Assembly (NCBI GenBank): GCA_041489155.1
Contig: JBGPQP010000004.1
Span: forward strand, 13,592-77,591
Length of the DNA: 64,000 bases
Direction of reading: 5' to 3'
Origin: Candidatus Aenigmatarchaeota archaeon
GTDB taxonomy: Archaea; Aenigmatarchaeota; Aenigmatarchaeia; QMZP01; QMZT01
The translations under genes were made by a program, and so were the position numbers. Within the stretch, counting starts at the first letter, position 1. Every line of letters starts with the position of its first letter. The notes beneath the pieces were generated by a model. The model saw only the letters and a program-made list of their open reading frames with translations, had not been told where the DNA came from and did no database searches. This document shows positions 9,091 to 18,956 of the stretch, one piece after another.

Positions 9091-11196
9091 ATGGCCAGTC
9101 TTTTCGGCAAAAAGAAGAAAGAGCCGCCAGAAACAACCACGACCGAAGGCTATATGCAGCGCTACCAGCAGCTTTCCTTCCCCGACGAGAGCCAGCCGGT
9201 TGTGACCTCGCGCGAGTTCAGGCTTTTCAAGAAAAAAGAAGACCAGCCGCTGATATGGTTCGAAAGGCTCGCCCGCATCGCCGGCAAAATAATTTCTGCA
9301 AACCCGCCGGACGAGAACACGAAAAAGGAGCTTGAAACCTCGATTGCCTTCACGAGCATCCGCGTCACGCCGAAAGACGTGATGGCGCTCGTTTACCTCA
9401 CCATGATTTCTTTCGTGATAGCAGGCATATTTGTCGTGGTCCTGGGAATCGTCCCTCTTATGGGCGTGCTGTTCATTTCAATGGTCGGGGTCGGCCTCGG
9501 CTATTACTTCCTGAAATACCCGCTCAACCTCATGAAGGCTTACAGGATCGAGGCGTCGTCGCAGGTCGTGCTGGCCGTGCTGTACATGGTCGTCTCGATG
9601 CGCGTCACCCCCAACCTGGAGCAGGCGCTGAGGTTCTCCGCTGCGAACGTATCGGGCCCGCTCGCATGGGACCTTAGAAAGCTGCTGTGGGACATAGAGA
9701 TGGGGGGCTATTACTCGGCATCCCAAGCTCTAACCGACTACATAGCGAAATGGAAGGCAGAGAACGAGGAGTTCGCTGAGGCCCTGAGGCTCGTGCGCGA
9801 CTCTCGCACGCATACGCCCGAAAAGGCGGAAATCATCCTTAACGAGGCGCTGGACGTCATACTCAACGGCACGAAAACGCGCATGAAGCACTACGCGCAG
9901 GACCTCACGCTTCCGGTAAGCATTATACACATGATGGGCATCGTTCTTCCGATCCTCGGCAGCATAATGGCTCCGATGGCGGCGGTCTTCCTTTCCGACA
10001 TCGCCAGGCCGGAATATTTCTTCATAGGCTACGACGTCGTCCTGCCGCTTTTCATAGTATGGTTCATAAACAGCGTGCTCAAGAAAAGGCCTACGACCTT
10101 CTCCCAAGTGGACACCTCGCTGCATCCCGAGCTGCCGCCGAAGGGGAGCTTTTTCATCAACATGGGGAAAAAGAAAGTCGCGATGCCCGTCCTGCCGTTT
10201 TCGCTCATCACAGCGTTGGTTTTCATCGTCCCGGCGGTCCTGTTTTTCATGAGCGACCCCAGAGTATTTTTCTCAGGCGAAGGCGTCCACGACATGTTCT
10301 CGATGATAATGTCGCTGATGGTTATACTGGGCATCGCCCTGGGACTGGCGACGCATTTCATCCTTTCGAACTACCAGAGGATGAAGATACAGACTGACGT
10401 GCTGAAGACGGAGAGTGAGTTCGAACTCGCGCTCTTCCAGCTCGGCAACAGGATTTCCGGCGGGACCCCGATAGAACTCGCCCTTGAGAAATGCGTTGAC
10501 GACGTTAAGGACCTCAGCATCGCCGGCCTGTTCACGATAACCCTGCGCAACATAAAGAACCTGGGCATGACCTTCAAGGAGGCGCTGCTCAACGAGAAGT
10601 GGGGGGCCATAAGGTTCTACCCGAGCAGCCTGATAAGGAACATAATGTACATGATCGTCGACATCGCAAGGAAAGGCGTCAAATACGCGGCGGAGGGCAT
10701 GATGACGGTTTCGAAATACCTGCGCAACATACGCGAGACGCAGGAGTACATACGCGACCTCCTGCAGGAATCGGTCTCGTCGATGAAGTTCCAGGCATAC
10801 CTATTGACTCCGATGGTCACGGGCCTGATAGTCTCCATGGCCCAGGTGATAATCAAGGTCCTTTCCATCCTCGGCAAGAGGCTCCAGGAGCTGAGCGCCG
10901 GCAGCAACCTGCCGATAAACATAAGCAGCGGCCTGTTCACCGGAGGCGGCGCGGGAACAAGCTCTGTCTCGCCTGAGATGTTCCAGATAATAATAGGCAT
11001 ATACCTCATCGAGGTGATAATCATCCTCGCCATGTTCATGACCAAGATTTCGCAGGGAGAGGACAAGGTTTACATGTGGTATTCAGCGGGCAAGATGCTG
11101 ATTGTCGCCGTGACCATGTACTTCCTAGTCGCCATCGGCGCATCGATGATGTTCGGCGGCCTGATAGAGCAGGCGGTAAGCAGCATCGCGGGATAG
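9091..11196 (+). CDS. Polytopic membrane protein, FlaJ/PilC/TadC-like type IV filament platform (two T2SS-F-like halves)
   Basis: 701 aa. Two soluble helical segments (aa ~170-260 and ~455-560) are each followed by clusters of TM helices, which matches the duplicated GspF/FlaJ architecture. It sits in the same orientation as the ATPase at 270. Confidence 0.7.
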   Translation: MASLFGKKKKEPPETTTTEGYMQRYQQLSFPDESQPVVTSREFRLFKKKEDQPLIWFERLARIAGKIISANPPDENTKKELETSIAFTSIRVTPKDVMALVYLTMISFVIAGIFVVVLGIVPLMGVLFISMVGVGLGYYFLKYPLNLMKAYRIEASSQVVLAVLYMVVSMRVTPNLEQALRFSAANVSGPLAWDLRKLLWDIEMGGYYSASQALTDYIAKWKAENEEFAEALRLVRDSRTHTPEKAEIILNEALDVILNGTKTRMKHYAQDLTLPVSIIHMMGIVLPILGSIMAPMAAVFLSDIARPEYFFIGYDVVLPLFIVWFINSVLKKRPTTFSQVDTSLHPELPPKGSFFINMGKKKVAMPVLPFSLITALVFIVPAVLFFMSDPRVFFSGEGVHDMFSMIMSLMVILGIALGLATHFILSNYQRMKIQTDVLKTESEFELALFQLGNRISGGTPIELALEKCVDDVKDLSIAGLFTITLRNIKNLGMTFKEALLNEKWGAIRFYPSSLIRNIMYMIVDIARKGVKYAAEGMMTVSKYLRNIRETQEYIRDLLQESVSSMKFQAYLLTPMVTGLIVSMAQVIIKVLSILGKRLQELSAGSNLPINISSGLFTGGGAGTSSVSPEMFQIIIGIYLIEVIIILAMFMTKISQGEDKVYMWYSAGKMLIVAVTMYFLVAIGASMMFGGLIEQAVSSIAG

Positions 11197-11252
11197 CATC
11201 ATCTTTTTCTATAGCCTACGCTCAAAAGCTGGTGAAATCAAAAATTAAAAAG

Positions 11253-11326
11253 GGCCACGGCCGAGATTTGAACTCGGGCTAAGGGATCCACAGTCCCTTG
11301 TGCTACCAGGCTACACCACCGCGGCC
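11253..11326 (-). tRNA. tRNA-His (GTG), no intron, with genomically encoded G-1
   Basis: Reverse complement: G-GCCGCGG TG GTGTAGCCTGGTAGCACA AGGGA CTGTGGA TCCCT TAGC CCGAG TTCAAAT CTCGG CCGTGGC C. The cloverleaf folds and the anticodon loop is CUGUGGA. The extra 5' G pairs with C73, as expected for His. Oligo-T follows. Confidence 0.9.
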
Positions 11327-11381
11327 ATGGTTTTAATTTGTGAGAAGCTGTTTTAAATGTTTTACAAGCAGGCAAAAACGT

Positions 11382-13274
11382 CTATTTTATTTTTACGTGT
11401 TCCCTTACCTTGTCACCGGGCTTGCCGGATTTTATTTCATAAATAGGTTCCCTCTTGTCCTCGGGAACATGTATGCCTATTTCCTCTGCTGCGCCCAGTA
11501 TGGCCTCGCTCCTAACTCCGCGTATTTCAGATTCTTTTGCGGTCATCAATTTGCCCGAACCTTTCCAGTCAAAATACTTTGAGCCCGGAAGGATAACGGG
11601 CACGAGCATGCCTTCCCTTGCATTAGAGCACGTGGTAAGCGAAACCACCTTTTTGCTTCCTATGCTGACTTCGCAAATCTTAAGATTGTCGGCATTGGGA
11701 TGTTTCTTTACCTCGTCTATTCTTCCTACCACGAGGCTGTCCTGAGCAAGCACATTTTCAGCGGTTTTGCCGTCAGTCTCCTCGGCGCCTTCGGTTTCCG
11801 GCTTCATGAACGGGAAGAAGATGACGTCACGTATGCTGGGCGAGTCCGTGAGCAGCATTATCAGGCGGTCGACCCCGAGGCCTATCCCTGACGTAGGAGG
11901 CATGCCGTATTCCAGCGCGCGGACGAAATCGGCATCCATCCTCTGCGCCTCTTCATCTCCACGCTTGAGGTCCCGCTCAGCCTTCTCCCAGTAATGCCTT
12001 ATCTGCTCCGGGTCATTCGCTTCGGAGTACGAGTTGATGATTTCCCATGCGTTGACGAAGCTCTCGAAGCGCTCGGCAATCCTATCGTCGTCCTGCCTCC
12101 TTTTCGAAAGGCCTGAAACGTCCGACGGGAAATCGTAAATGTGAACAGGCTGGATGAGATGCTGCTCGACCTTGCTCTCGAAGACGTGCGCGACTATCTC
12201 GCCCCACGACATGCCCTTTTCGACTTCGGCGCCGAGCTCCTTCTCGGCGGCAAACGCCTTCTCCGCGTCGAGCTTGCCGAAGTCCTTTCCGGTGTATTGC
12301 TTCACCGCGTCCAGCATGCTCATCCTCTTCCATGGCGTTTTGAATTCCAGGACCTGGCCCTGGTAGACTATCTTCGTCTTGTCGCAGACCTGCTTGACTA
12401 TATGTTCTATCATTTTCTCCGTCAGGTCCATGCTGTCATTGTAATCCGCGTAGGCGCACATGGTTTCCATCATGAGGAATTCGGGATTATGCGTCTTGTC
12501 TATGCCCTCGTTCCTGAAGTCCTGCGAGAATTCGAATATCTTTTCATACCCTCCTACGATGAGCCGCTTGAGATAGAGCTCGTTCGAGATGCGCATGTAA
12601 ATCTTCATGTCCAGCGCGTTGAGCTTCGACTCGAAGGGCCTCGCGGACGCTCCTCCGTAAATGGGCTGTAGTATCGGCGTTTCGACTTCCTTGAAGCCGT
12701 GCGTCTTTAGGAACTCGCGTGTCGCTTCTATCGCCTTTGCTCTTTTATCGAAAACGTCCTTGACCTCGGGGCTGAGTATGAGGTCCACGTATCTCTGGCG
12801 GTAGCGCAGCTCCTTGTCCTTGAGGCCGAACCAGTCCTTCGGCAGCGGGCGCAGCGCTTTGGTGAGCAGCTCAAAATTTCCTGTATGAATACTGAGTTCG
12901 CCGCGCTTCGTGCGGAGCACGTGGCCCTTCGCGCCTATGATGTCGCCCGCGTTAAGCATGGCATCGAAGAAATCGAATTTCTCCTTCCCGATGCCCGCCT
13001 CGTCTACAAGCAGCTGGATTTTGCCAGAAGCATCGTTGAGGTCGGCGAATATCAGCCTGCCGTGCTTCCTTATCGACCTTATCCTTCCCGCGACTGAAAC
13101 TATGAGCTTCTTCATCTCCTTGCCGTTCCCGAGCTTCTCCGCCTTCTTGGCGATCTCGCTGACGAGATGCGTCTTGCCGTAGCGCCTCTTGTAGGGTTCT
13201 ATCTTCCTCTTTCTCAGCTCGGAGAGCTTTATGCGCCTTTCCTCGATTTCGGAGAGCGATTCCTTTTCGGTCAT
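11382..13274 (-). CDS. lysS: Class II lysyl-tRNA synthetase fused to a C-terminal Trbp111/EMAP-II-like tRNA-binding domain
   Basis: 630 aa. N-terminal OB anticodon-binding region; class II motifs '[14 protein letters not shown]', '[16 protein letters not shown]'. The C-terminal ~110 aa '[23 protein letters not shown]...[11 protein letters not shown]' matches the CsaA/Trbp111 OB fold. Confidence 0.9.
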   Translation of the reverse strand: MTEKESLSEIEERRIKLSELRKRKIEPYKRRYGKTHLVSEIAKKAEKLGNGKEMKKLIVSVAGRIRSIRKHGRLIFADLNDASGKIQLLVDEAGIGKEKFDFFDAMLNAGDIIGAKGHVLRTKRGELSIHTGNFELLTKALRPLPKDWFGLKDKELRYRQRYVDLILSPEVKDVFDKRAKAIEATREFLKTHGFKEVETPILQPIYGGASARPFESKLNALDMKIYMRISNELYLKRLIVGGYEKIFEFSQDFRNEGIDKTHNPEFLMMETMCAYADYNDSMDLTEKMIEHIVKQVCDKTKIVYQGQVLEFKTPWKRMSMLDAVKQYTGKDFGKLDAEKAFAAEKELGAEVEKGMSWGEIVAHVFESKVEQHLIQPVHIYDFPSDVSGLSKRRQDDDRIAERFESFVNAWEIINSYSEANDPEQIRHYWEKAERDLKRGDEEAQRMDADFVRALEYGMPPTSGIGLGVDRLIMLLTDSPSIRDVIFFPFMKPETEGAEETDGKTAENVLAQDSLVVGRIDEVKKHPNADNLKICEVSIGSKKVVSLTTCSNAREGMLVPVILPGSKYFDWKGSGKLMTAKESEIRGVRSEAILGAAEEIGIHVPEDKREPIYEIKSGKPGDKVREHVKIK

Positions 13275-13855
13275 GATTCCAACCAGATCTTTTCGAAGTA
13301 GGCCTCGAACTGCTCTGCCAGCGGCGGCGAGTTTATCGCGACGCTGGCCTCGTGGTTTTGGTCGAGCGCGCTGTAGCTCCAGTTCGTGGAGCCTATGATA
13401 ATAATCTTCGAATCTATTATTATAAGTTTAGCGTGAGTCCTCGTTTCCTTGGAATCGAACTTCGCGTTTATCCCCCTTTCTTTGAGCAGCGTTACAAGCG
13501 GCCTGTCTGTCGCCTCCTCGTCCACCAGAACGCGCACGTCCAGGCCGCTCTTCGAAGCGGCTTCCAGTTTTTCAACGAGCAGGTTGGCATTGCTGTCAGG
13601 ATAATCGGCGTAGTAATTGAGGCTGTACATCACAACGTGTATGCTGCTGTTCGCCGCCTCGAGCAATGCGCTTGCCTCAGGGAAATAGCCGCGGTCCGCG
13701 AGCATCAGAGCCTGGTCAGCTTCGAGGGAGACAGGCGCATACGTAACAGGACCTGAAAGGCTCAGGGCCAGGAAGGCCGCCAGAACCAGCAGAAGCAGAA
13801 TGAGCGAAAGCATCTTTCTGCTAGAAAAAGGGAAGGGTAGCGGGCTCGCGCGCAT
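13271..13855 (-). CDS. Phospholipase D-like (single HKD) protein with an N-terminal signal/anchor
   Basis: HKD motif '[20 protein letters not shown]'. Hydrophobic N-terminus [21 protein letters not shown]. The start was chosen at ATG 13855 (MRASPL...) rather than the longer ORF at 13918. The stop overlaps the lysS start (ATGA). Confidence 0.7.
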   Translation of the reverse strand: MRASPLPFPFSSRKMLSLILLLLVLAAFLALSLSGPVTYAPVSLEADQALMLADRGYFPEASALLEAANSSIHVVMYSLNYYADYPDSNANLLVEKLEAASKSGLDVRVLVDEEATDRPLVTLLKERGINAKFDSKETRTHAKLIIIDSKIIIIGSTNWSYSALDQNHEASVAINSPPLAEQFEAYFEKIWLES

Positions 13856-13930
13856 AAATATATTATAAATCATATAGAATATTAAATAGAGCCGCAGTAT
13901 AATTTCAGGAAAGACCAAAAGGGGTGTTGG

Positions 13931-16900
13931 ATGTTCAGAAGGGACGTTATCTTGTTCGGTGCCTTAGCCTTATTTTTGACGGCGCTTGTTTTTGTTCTGC
14001 CGGGCTCTGCGTTGTACAGCACCTACGGGAATTTCTCGGTCACGCCTGACGAGGTTTCCTTCAACTGGACGAATGTGAGCATAATTGTAACGTCCAATAG
14101 TAGCAGCCTTATAGTCGTGGTGAACAACACGGCAACAGAAATACAACCCAGGTATTTCACTTCAGGCGAATATCAGGTGTCCAGTCCCTGGCCCACGGAT
14201 CCTCAATGGAGGAACTGCTTCAGCGTGATAGGCGGGCCAAGCGGCATGAAGTTCATGGCGGAGAACGCTACCGGGACTTATGCCGTCCTTACGTACAGCG
14301 GCGAGCTGAACAACACAAACAGCACGACCTTTAACCTCACGGCCTACCAGTACTGCCCGCCCGGCTTGTACTCGGGCTATCTCTATGTTTTCAAGAACGG
14401 CGCTGAAGCCGACAAGGCCAAAATCGCCGCTAACGTCAGCATACCCATCAATCCCCAAAACACGTTCAACTTCACCGGCCGCTATTCTTCCTTCAAAGGT
14501 TCGTTCGTGGAAAGCGCTCAGAATTATCATTCATTTTATTTAAACAAAAGCCATATCGTGAACTCGACATGCGGGACGCTAAAACTGACCGGCTTCACAG
14601 GTGATATTGACATATTCCTTTTCGCTAATGCGAGCCTTCTTTATAAATCAATAAAAAGTTCTGGAGAAGACGAGGAAATAGAATGCGTTCCTTGGCCTGG
14701 AGAAGCCGAAAAGGAGATGATGGAAATAAGAGTTTACGGCAATGTCACGTCCGCTTATTCAGGTTATGTTTACTTCACCCCCCTTGGAGCGGCAAACACC
14801 AGCAACCCGAACCAGAAATTCAACGCCTCGAGTCCCATAAATTTGGGCGTTCTTGACCCCAACAGCACCTCGCAAAATGTTCCAGTAAACATATCCAACA
14901 TTGATGACCAGGCAGCCAACAGTGTAAAAGAAAGCGCGGAAGTTTACCGCGTTGATGCCTGGACCAACAAAAACCAATCCGGAACATACCGTTTCCTTGT
15001 CCCCAACTTTGCTGAGAAAGTGAAGGTCAAGATAGAGTGGACGAGCAACACGACTTATAACCTGTTCCTGAGTGACGTGAACGCCTATCTTTTCGGCAAT
15101 TCGAGCCAGAAATACAAAAACGCCAACAAGACCGGAAGCGTGAAAGAAGAGTTTGTAATCACTACTTCACCCCTAAATGAATCAAACGACGGTTACTGGA
15201 ACATAACCGTATTGAACACAAGCGCGATATACGGCAGCTATAACGTTACAGCCTATGTGTGGATGCCGGAGGATGCATGGTTCGAGAGCAGCTACACGCT
15301 AGGAGGCTTCAGCTTTGCTCCGATGGGAAGCGAGAACGACTCCCTTGGCTTTTCCTTCAATGTAACCGTCCCTGAACTTTACCTCACAAACGGAACATAC
15401 GAGGGTTTCCTGCGCTACAACAACACCGAAGGATGGAAACTGCAGGTTCCGTTCAATTTCAAGGTCAAAGCCGGAATGCTGCTCATGGACAACGAAAACA
15501 TGAGCTCCAGCACCCATGTGGTAAGAGACAACATCGGCTTTGACAGGCTTGGCGCGGGAGCGATCCCCCTTAACATAACTTACAATAACACGGGAGACTA
15601 TCCGATATACTACACGGAAACCAATAGCAGCAACAAGCTCTATCTGACCTCGAACACTTCGAATTATATAGATTTTGTTGTGGACGAAATGCCTGAGGAC
15701 GGCTCGAAGATAAACAACAACACCGGGGGAACAATGGACATCCGCCTGCTTTTAAACACGTCCCTGACAAACGACGTGGCGGGAACCTATGAAGGCAACA
15801 TGACCTTCAACACCACTAATACGACCGTCACTTCATCTTCCTATCCCTTCAAGATCTATACCCTTGTACTGAGGGTCGTCCTTACTAACGACCTTAGCGT
15901 CAACATAACGGATATCACTCCGTCGACCATAAACACCGAAAACGCGACTAACATAACAACGAAAGTAAGCGTGAAGCTGGAGAACGGGACGGTCATATCA
16001 TACTCGAATCCCGCACTTATGAACATAAGCGACTTCACCGGCATGATTCTTACAGAGGGCAACTACAGCGCAACGGGCAAGATTTACGACCTCACCCAGA
16101 ACAGGTCGCAGGCCGATACCTTACTCTGCCCCTCGGGAGGCGAATGCCGCATAAACTGGACTATTCCGGCCGGAGCCATAGGTGGGCAGTACTTCACAAA
16201 GGTTACCGCGCAGGTAAACACCAGCCAGATACCGAACGGCAATGGGAAAAAGATACTGACAGGGCAATACGAAACGCCCAACACGTCCGTCGTGGTAAAC
16301 GACACAGGCCTCTGGCTGCACATTGTTGACGACGAATGGGAGGATAACCTTTACGAATCAACCTCCTCCATTTACAGCGTGCGGGTCAAGAATTTCGGCC
16401 CGGCTACAGCGAACAAAGCACAGATTAAATTCTACAAGAACACGGACTGCCCCGTTTCAATAAGCAGGGATAGCGTTAACTGCTCAGAGTGCGGCGGCAC
16501 CTACACAAGCACCCAAGTGCCTTCCGACAGCTGGAACCTCACCACCCTTCCTGGCTACAAGAGCGACTGCCTGTGCAAGCTTTCATGGGAGCTGACTGCG
16601 ATTTCTGTTGATGAAACCGAGGAATGCGACGTGGACGTACGAGTGGTGACCAGCCATAAAAAATTCGAAGAGGTGAGCGCGACAATATATATCCGCACCA
16701 ACGCCACCAGCAACCAGGGGGCCCAGCAGACAACAACATGCACGACCAACGCGACCTGCGGCGACACGCAGTACTGCAAGAGCGGGAGCTGCATATCAGT
16801 TTCCTGCCCGTCCGGGCAATATGCGAAGAACCACGCGTGCAACAAGCACGGACCCCAGATAAACATAACCGCCTACGCCACCGAAAAAATATACGTGCTG

Positions 16901-17818
16901 CAGGGCGGCTCGAACTCGACTAAGGTGACGGCCAAGAACACGGGTGGATACTCCTACACAGCGAAACTCGAAGCGAACTCGACGGTTGCGGACTTCAATG
17001 CGAGCGTAACGCCGGCAAGCTATACGCTTTCGCCCGGCAACTCAGGCATTTTCACGGTTGACTTCAGCGTGTCTGCGAGCGCTGAAATAGGCTACTACAC
17101 GATGACGGTCAAGGCGTATGCCAGCGACAACGCAAGCGTTTACGCAACGAAAGATATAACCCTTGCGATAGAGCCGCTCGAGCAGACGAAGGCACTGGTC
17201 AACCAAACGTATGATAACATCAAGACTTTGTTCGCTTCTGTAGCGACCCTGTTCAACCAGCTTGCACCCAAGACAGACGACGCGAACTACACCCTAGCCA
17301 ACAGGACGTATTACAGGCTGCTCAACATGCTACAGGACATAGAGAACAACATAAAGCTGGGCAATTACCTGGAAGCCAGGAGCCTCATGGATGAGGCGAA
17401 TTCGTCTATAACGACTTTCAGGCAGCAGGTGGAGCAGCTTTCCGCGGCAGGCGGGCTGCTGTCTTTCCTTGGTGACAGCAACATCCTTACTCTGGTTGCG
17501 ATTCTTGTGGTGATAATAGTGATAGGAGGCTTCCTCGCGTACCTTCTGCTGCCGCCGAAGAAGGGCTACCATCCGATTACAGGATACCTGCCGAAAGAAA
17601 AGATCTCAGTCACGCACAAGCTTGCGTATTTCTTCACCCACATAAAGCTCAGAAAACCGAAGATGCCGGGCAGCCAGAGAACGCTGCAGACATACGAGAG
17701 GTCGGCTCCGGCCGCGCCTGCCCCGGTCCAGCCTGACAGGCGATACGCCGAAGGCTACCACAGGCTTGATGAATTCCCGCTGAGCTACGATAAGAGGAAG
17801 TTAAAGGAAAAGAAATAG
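13931..17818 (+). CDS. Large (1,295 aa) sequon-rich surface protein with a C-terminal TM anchor (S-layer/adhesin-like)
   Basis: N-terminal signal FGALALFLTALVFVLPGSA and very many N-x-S/T sites. A Cys-rich knot (TTTCTTNATCGDTQYCKSGSCISVSCPSGQYAKNHAC) is followed by a helical stalk. C-terminal TM ILTLVAILVVIIVIGGFLAYLLL is followed by a basic tail. Confidence 0.8.
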   Translation: MFRRDVILFGALALFLTALVFVLPGSALYSTYGNFSVTPDEVSFNWTNVSIIVTSNSSSLIVVVNNTATEIQPRYFTSGEYQVSSPWPTDPQWRNCFSVIGGPSGMKFMAENATGTYAVLTYSGELNNTNSTTFNLTAYQYCPPGLYSGYLYVFKNGAEADKAKIAANVSIPINPQNTFNFTGRYSSFKGSFVESAQNYHSFYLNKSHIVNSTCGTLKLTGFTGDIDIFLFANASLLYKSIKSSGEDEEIECVPWPGEAEKEMMEIRVYGNVTSAYSGYVYFTPLGAANTSNPNQKFNASSPINLGVLDPNSTSQNVPVNISNIDDQAANSVKESAEVYRVDAWTNKNQSGTYRFLVPNFAEKVKVKIEWTSNTTYNLFLSDVNAYLFGNSSQKYKNANKTGSVKEEFVITTSPLNESNDGYWNITVLNTSAIYGSYNVTAYVWMPEDAWFESSYTLGGFSFAPMGSENDSLGFSFNVTVPELYLTNGTYEGFLRYNNTEGWKLQVPFNFKVKAGMLLMDNENMSSSTHVVRDNIGFDRLGAGAIPLNITYNNTGDYPIYYTETNSSNKLYLTSNTSNYIDFVVDEMPEDGSKINNNTGGTMDIRLLLNTSLTNDVAGTYEGNMTFNTTNTTVTSSSYPFKIYTLVLRVVLTNDLSVNITDITPSTINTENATNITTKVSVKLENGTVISYSNPALMNISDFTGMILTEGNYSATGKIYDLTQNRSQADTLLCPSGGECRINWTIPAGAIGGQYFTKVTAQVNTSQIPNGNGKKILTGQYETPNTSVVVNDTGLWLHIVDDEWEDNLYESTSSIYSVRVKNFGPATANKAQIKFYKNTDCPVSISRDSVNCSECGGTYTSTQVPSDSWNLTTLPGYKSDCLCKLSWELTAISVDETEECDVDVRVVTSHKKFEEVSATIYIRTNATSNQGAQQTTTCTTNATCGDTQYCKSGSCISVSCPSGQYAKNHACNKHGPQINITAYATEKIYVLQGGSNSTKVTAKNTGGYSYTAKLEANSTVADFNASVTPASYTLSPGNSGIFTVDFSVSASAEIGYYTMTVKAYASDNASVYATKDITLAIEPLEQTKALVNQTYDNIKTLFASVATLFNQLAPKTDDANYTLANRTYYRLLNMLQDIENNIKLGNYLEARSLMDEANSSITTFRQQVEQLSAAGGLLSFLGDSNILTLVAILVVIIVIGGFLAYLLLPPKKGYHPITGYLPKEKISVTHKLAYFFTHIKLRKPKMPGSQRTLQTYERSAPAAPAPVQPDRRYAEGYHRLDEFPLSYDKRKLKEKK

Positions 17819-17878
17819 CGGATGCAGGCGGGTTTTTATTTTTAACAGGACAATTAATTTAAAGGGAGCAGTGTTTCC

Positions 17879-18691
17879 ATGACTTTAAGGGCAGCCGGTC
17901 TCTCGCTTTTTTTCATGCTTATCTTCACCGCCATAGGCTGGCTGATAGGCGTAATCGTAGGCATGATATTCAGGACCGCGAACGTCATGCTATGGGCCTT
18001 CGTCTTCTTCGTTCTGTCCGCCCTGATGATAGCGATAGGGCATTTTTACGCGCCCAGAATAATCCTTTCGAGATACAAGGCGAAAATCAGCGAGAAGAAG
18101 GAGCTGAACGACATGGTTGACAGGATGGCGGTGAACGCGAAAATAGAGACGCCGAAAGTCTACATTGCTCCGCTCGACGTCCCCAATTCCTTTGTCACCG
18201 GGAGAGGCAGGGAAGACGCTGCGATATGCGTCACAGAGGGCCTGCTGAGCCTCAACAAGGGAGAGATAGAAAACGTAGTGGCGCATGAGATATGGCACAT
18301 CGCCAACGGCGACCTGCCGTCGCAGAACCTCGCAGTCATAATCGCCGACGTGCTTTACCACACGGTGATTTTCATTCCGCTTGCGATTTTTGTTGTAAAG
18401 ATCACGCTTTCCGGGAGGCGGGAGTTCAGGGCGGATTACTATGCAACGCGCTACTCGAAGAAGCCGAGGGACATGGCCTCCGCCCTCAACAAGATGAGCG
18501 AGATCGCGAGACAAACCCCCATTGGAGGCTCGCCGGCGATGGAAAGCCTGTGGGTGGTTAATCCTTTCAAAAGGGAGGGCCTGGGCAGGTGGCTGTCCAC
18601 GCATCCGCCTACCGCCAGGAGGGCGAAAAGGGTGGAGGATATGGCGCACGAGGGCATGCCCGAAGCGCCGGAAGCGACGGAGGTGGACTGA
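17879..18691 (+). CDS. htpX: HtpX-like M48 zinc metalloprotease
   Basis: Two N-terminal TM helices, 'VAHEIWHI' (HExxH), two further TM helices, and a C-terminal 'STHPPTARR' typical of HtpX. Confidence 0.85.
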   Translation: MTLRAAGLSLFFMLIFTAIGWLIGVIVGMIFRTANVMLWAFVFFVLSALMIAIGHFYAPRIILSRYKAKISEKKELNDMVDRMAVNAKIETPKVYIAPLDVPNSFVTGRGREDAAICVTEGLLSLNKGEIENVVAHEIWHIANGDLPSQNLAVIIADVLYHTVIFIPLAIFVVKITLSGRREFRADYYATRYSKKPRDMASALNKMSEIARQTPIGGSPAMESLWVVNPFKREGLGRWLSTHPPTARRAKRVEDMAHEGMPEAPEATEVD

Positions 18692-18940
18692 ATGGTGAAA
18701 AAAATAACGGAGAGCATAGACAGGGAGCTGGCTTCGCTGCACAACCAGATCGAGTCCGGCGGGCCGGATATGCACACCGTGTGCGGAAAGCTTGAGCAGG
18801 TAATGCGCGACCTGAAGGTCTACGATCAGAAAAGGCACAAGACCGACCAGCTTTACGACGACGTAAACAAGCGTTTCGAAGCGCTTGTCCTCTCAATGGA
18901 GAAGCTGATAAAAATCCTGAAGAACAATGACATGGTTTAG
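18692..18940 (+). CDS. Small coiled-coil protein, hypothetical
   Basis: 82 aa. The ATG directly abuts the htpX stop (TGAATG). Helical heptad-like sequence with no recognised family. Confidence 0.4.
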   Translation: MVKKITESIDRELASLHNQIESGGPDMHTVCGKLEQVMRDLKVYDQKRHKTDQLYDDVNKRFEALVLSMEKLIKILKNNDMV

Positions 18941-18956
18941 TAAAGTTAAGCGTTTT

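Noticed and set aside
17990-18838. 282-aa minus-strand ORF
   Set aside because: It is antisense to HtpX (clear HExxH protease) and the small downstream gene. Its composition is Arg/His/Pro-rich and no motif is recognisable.
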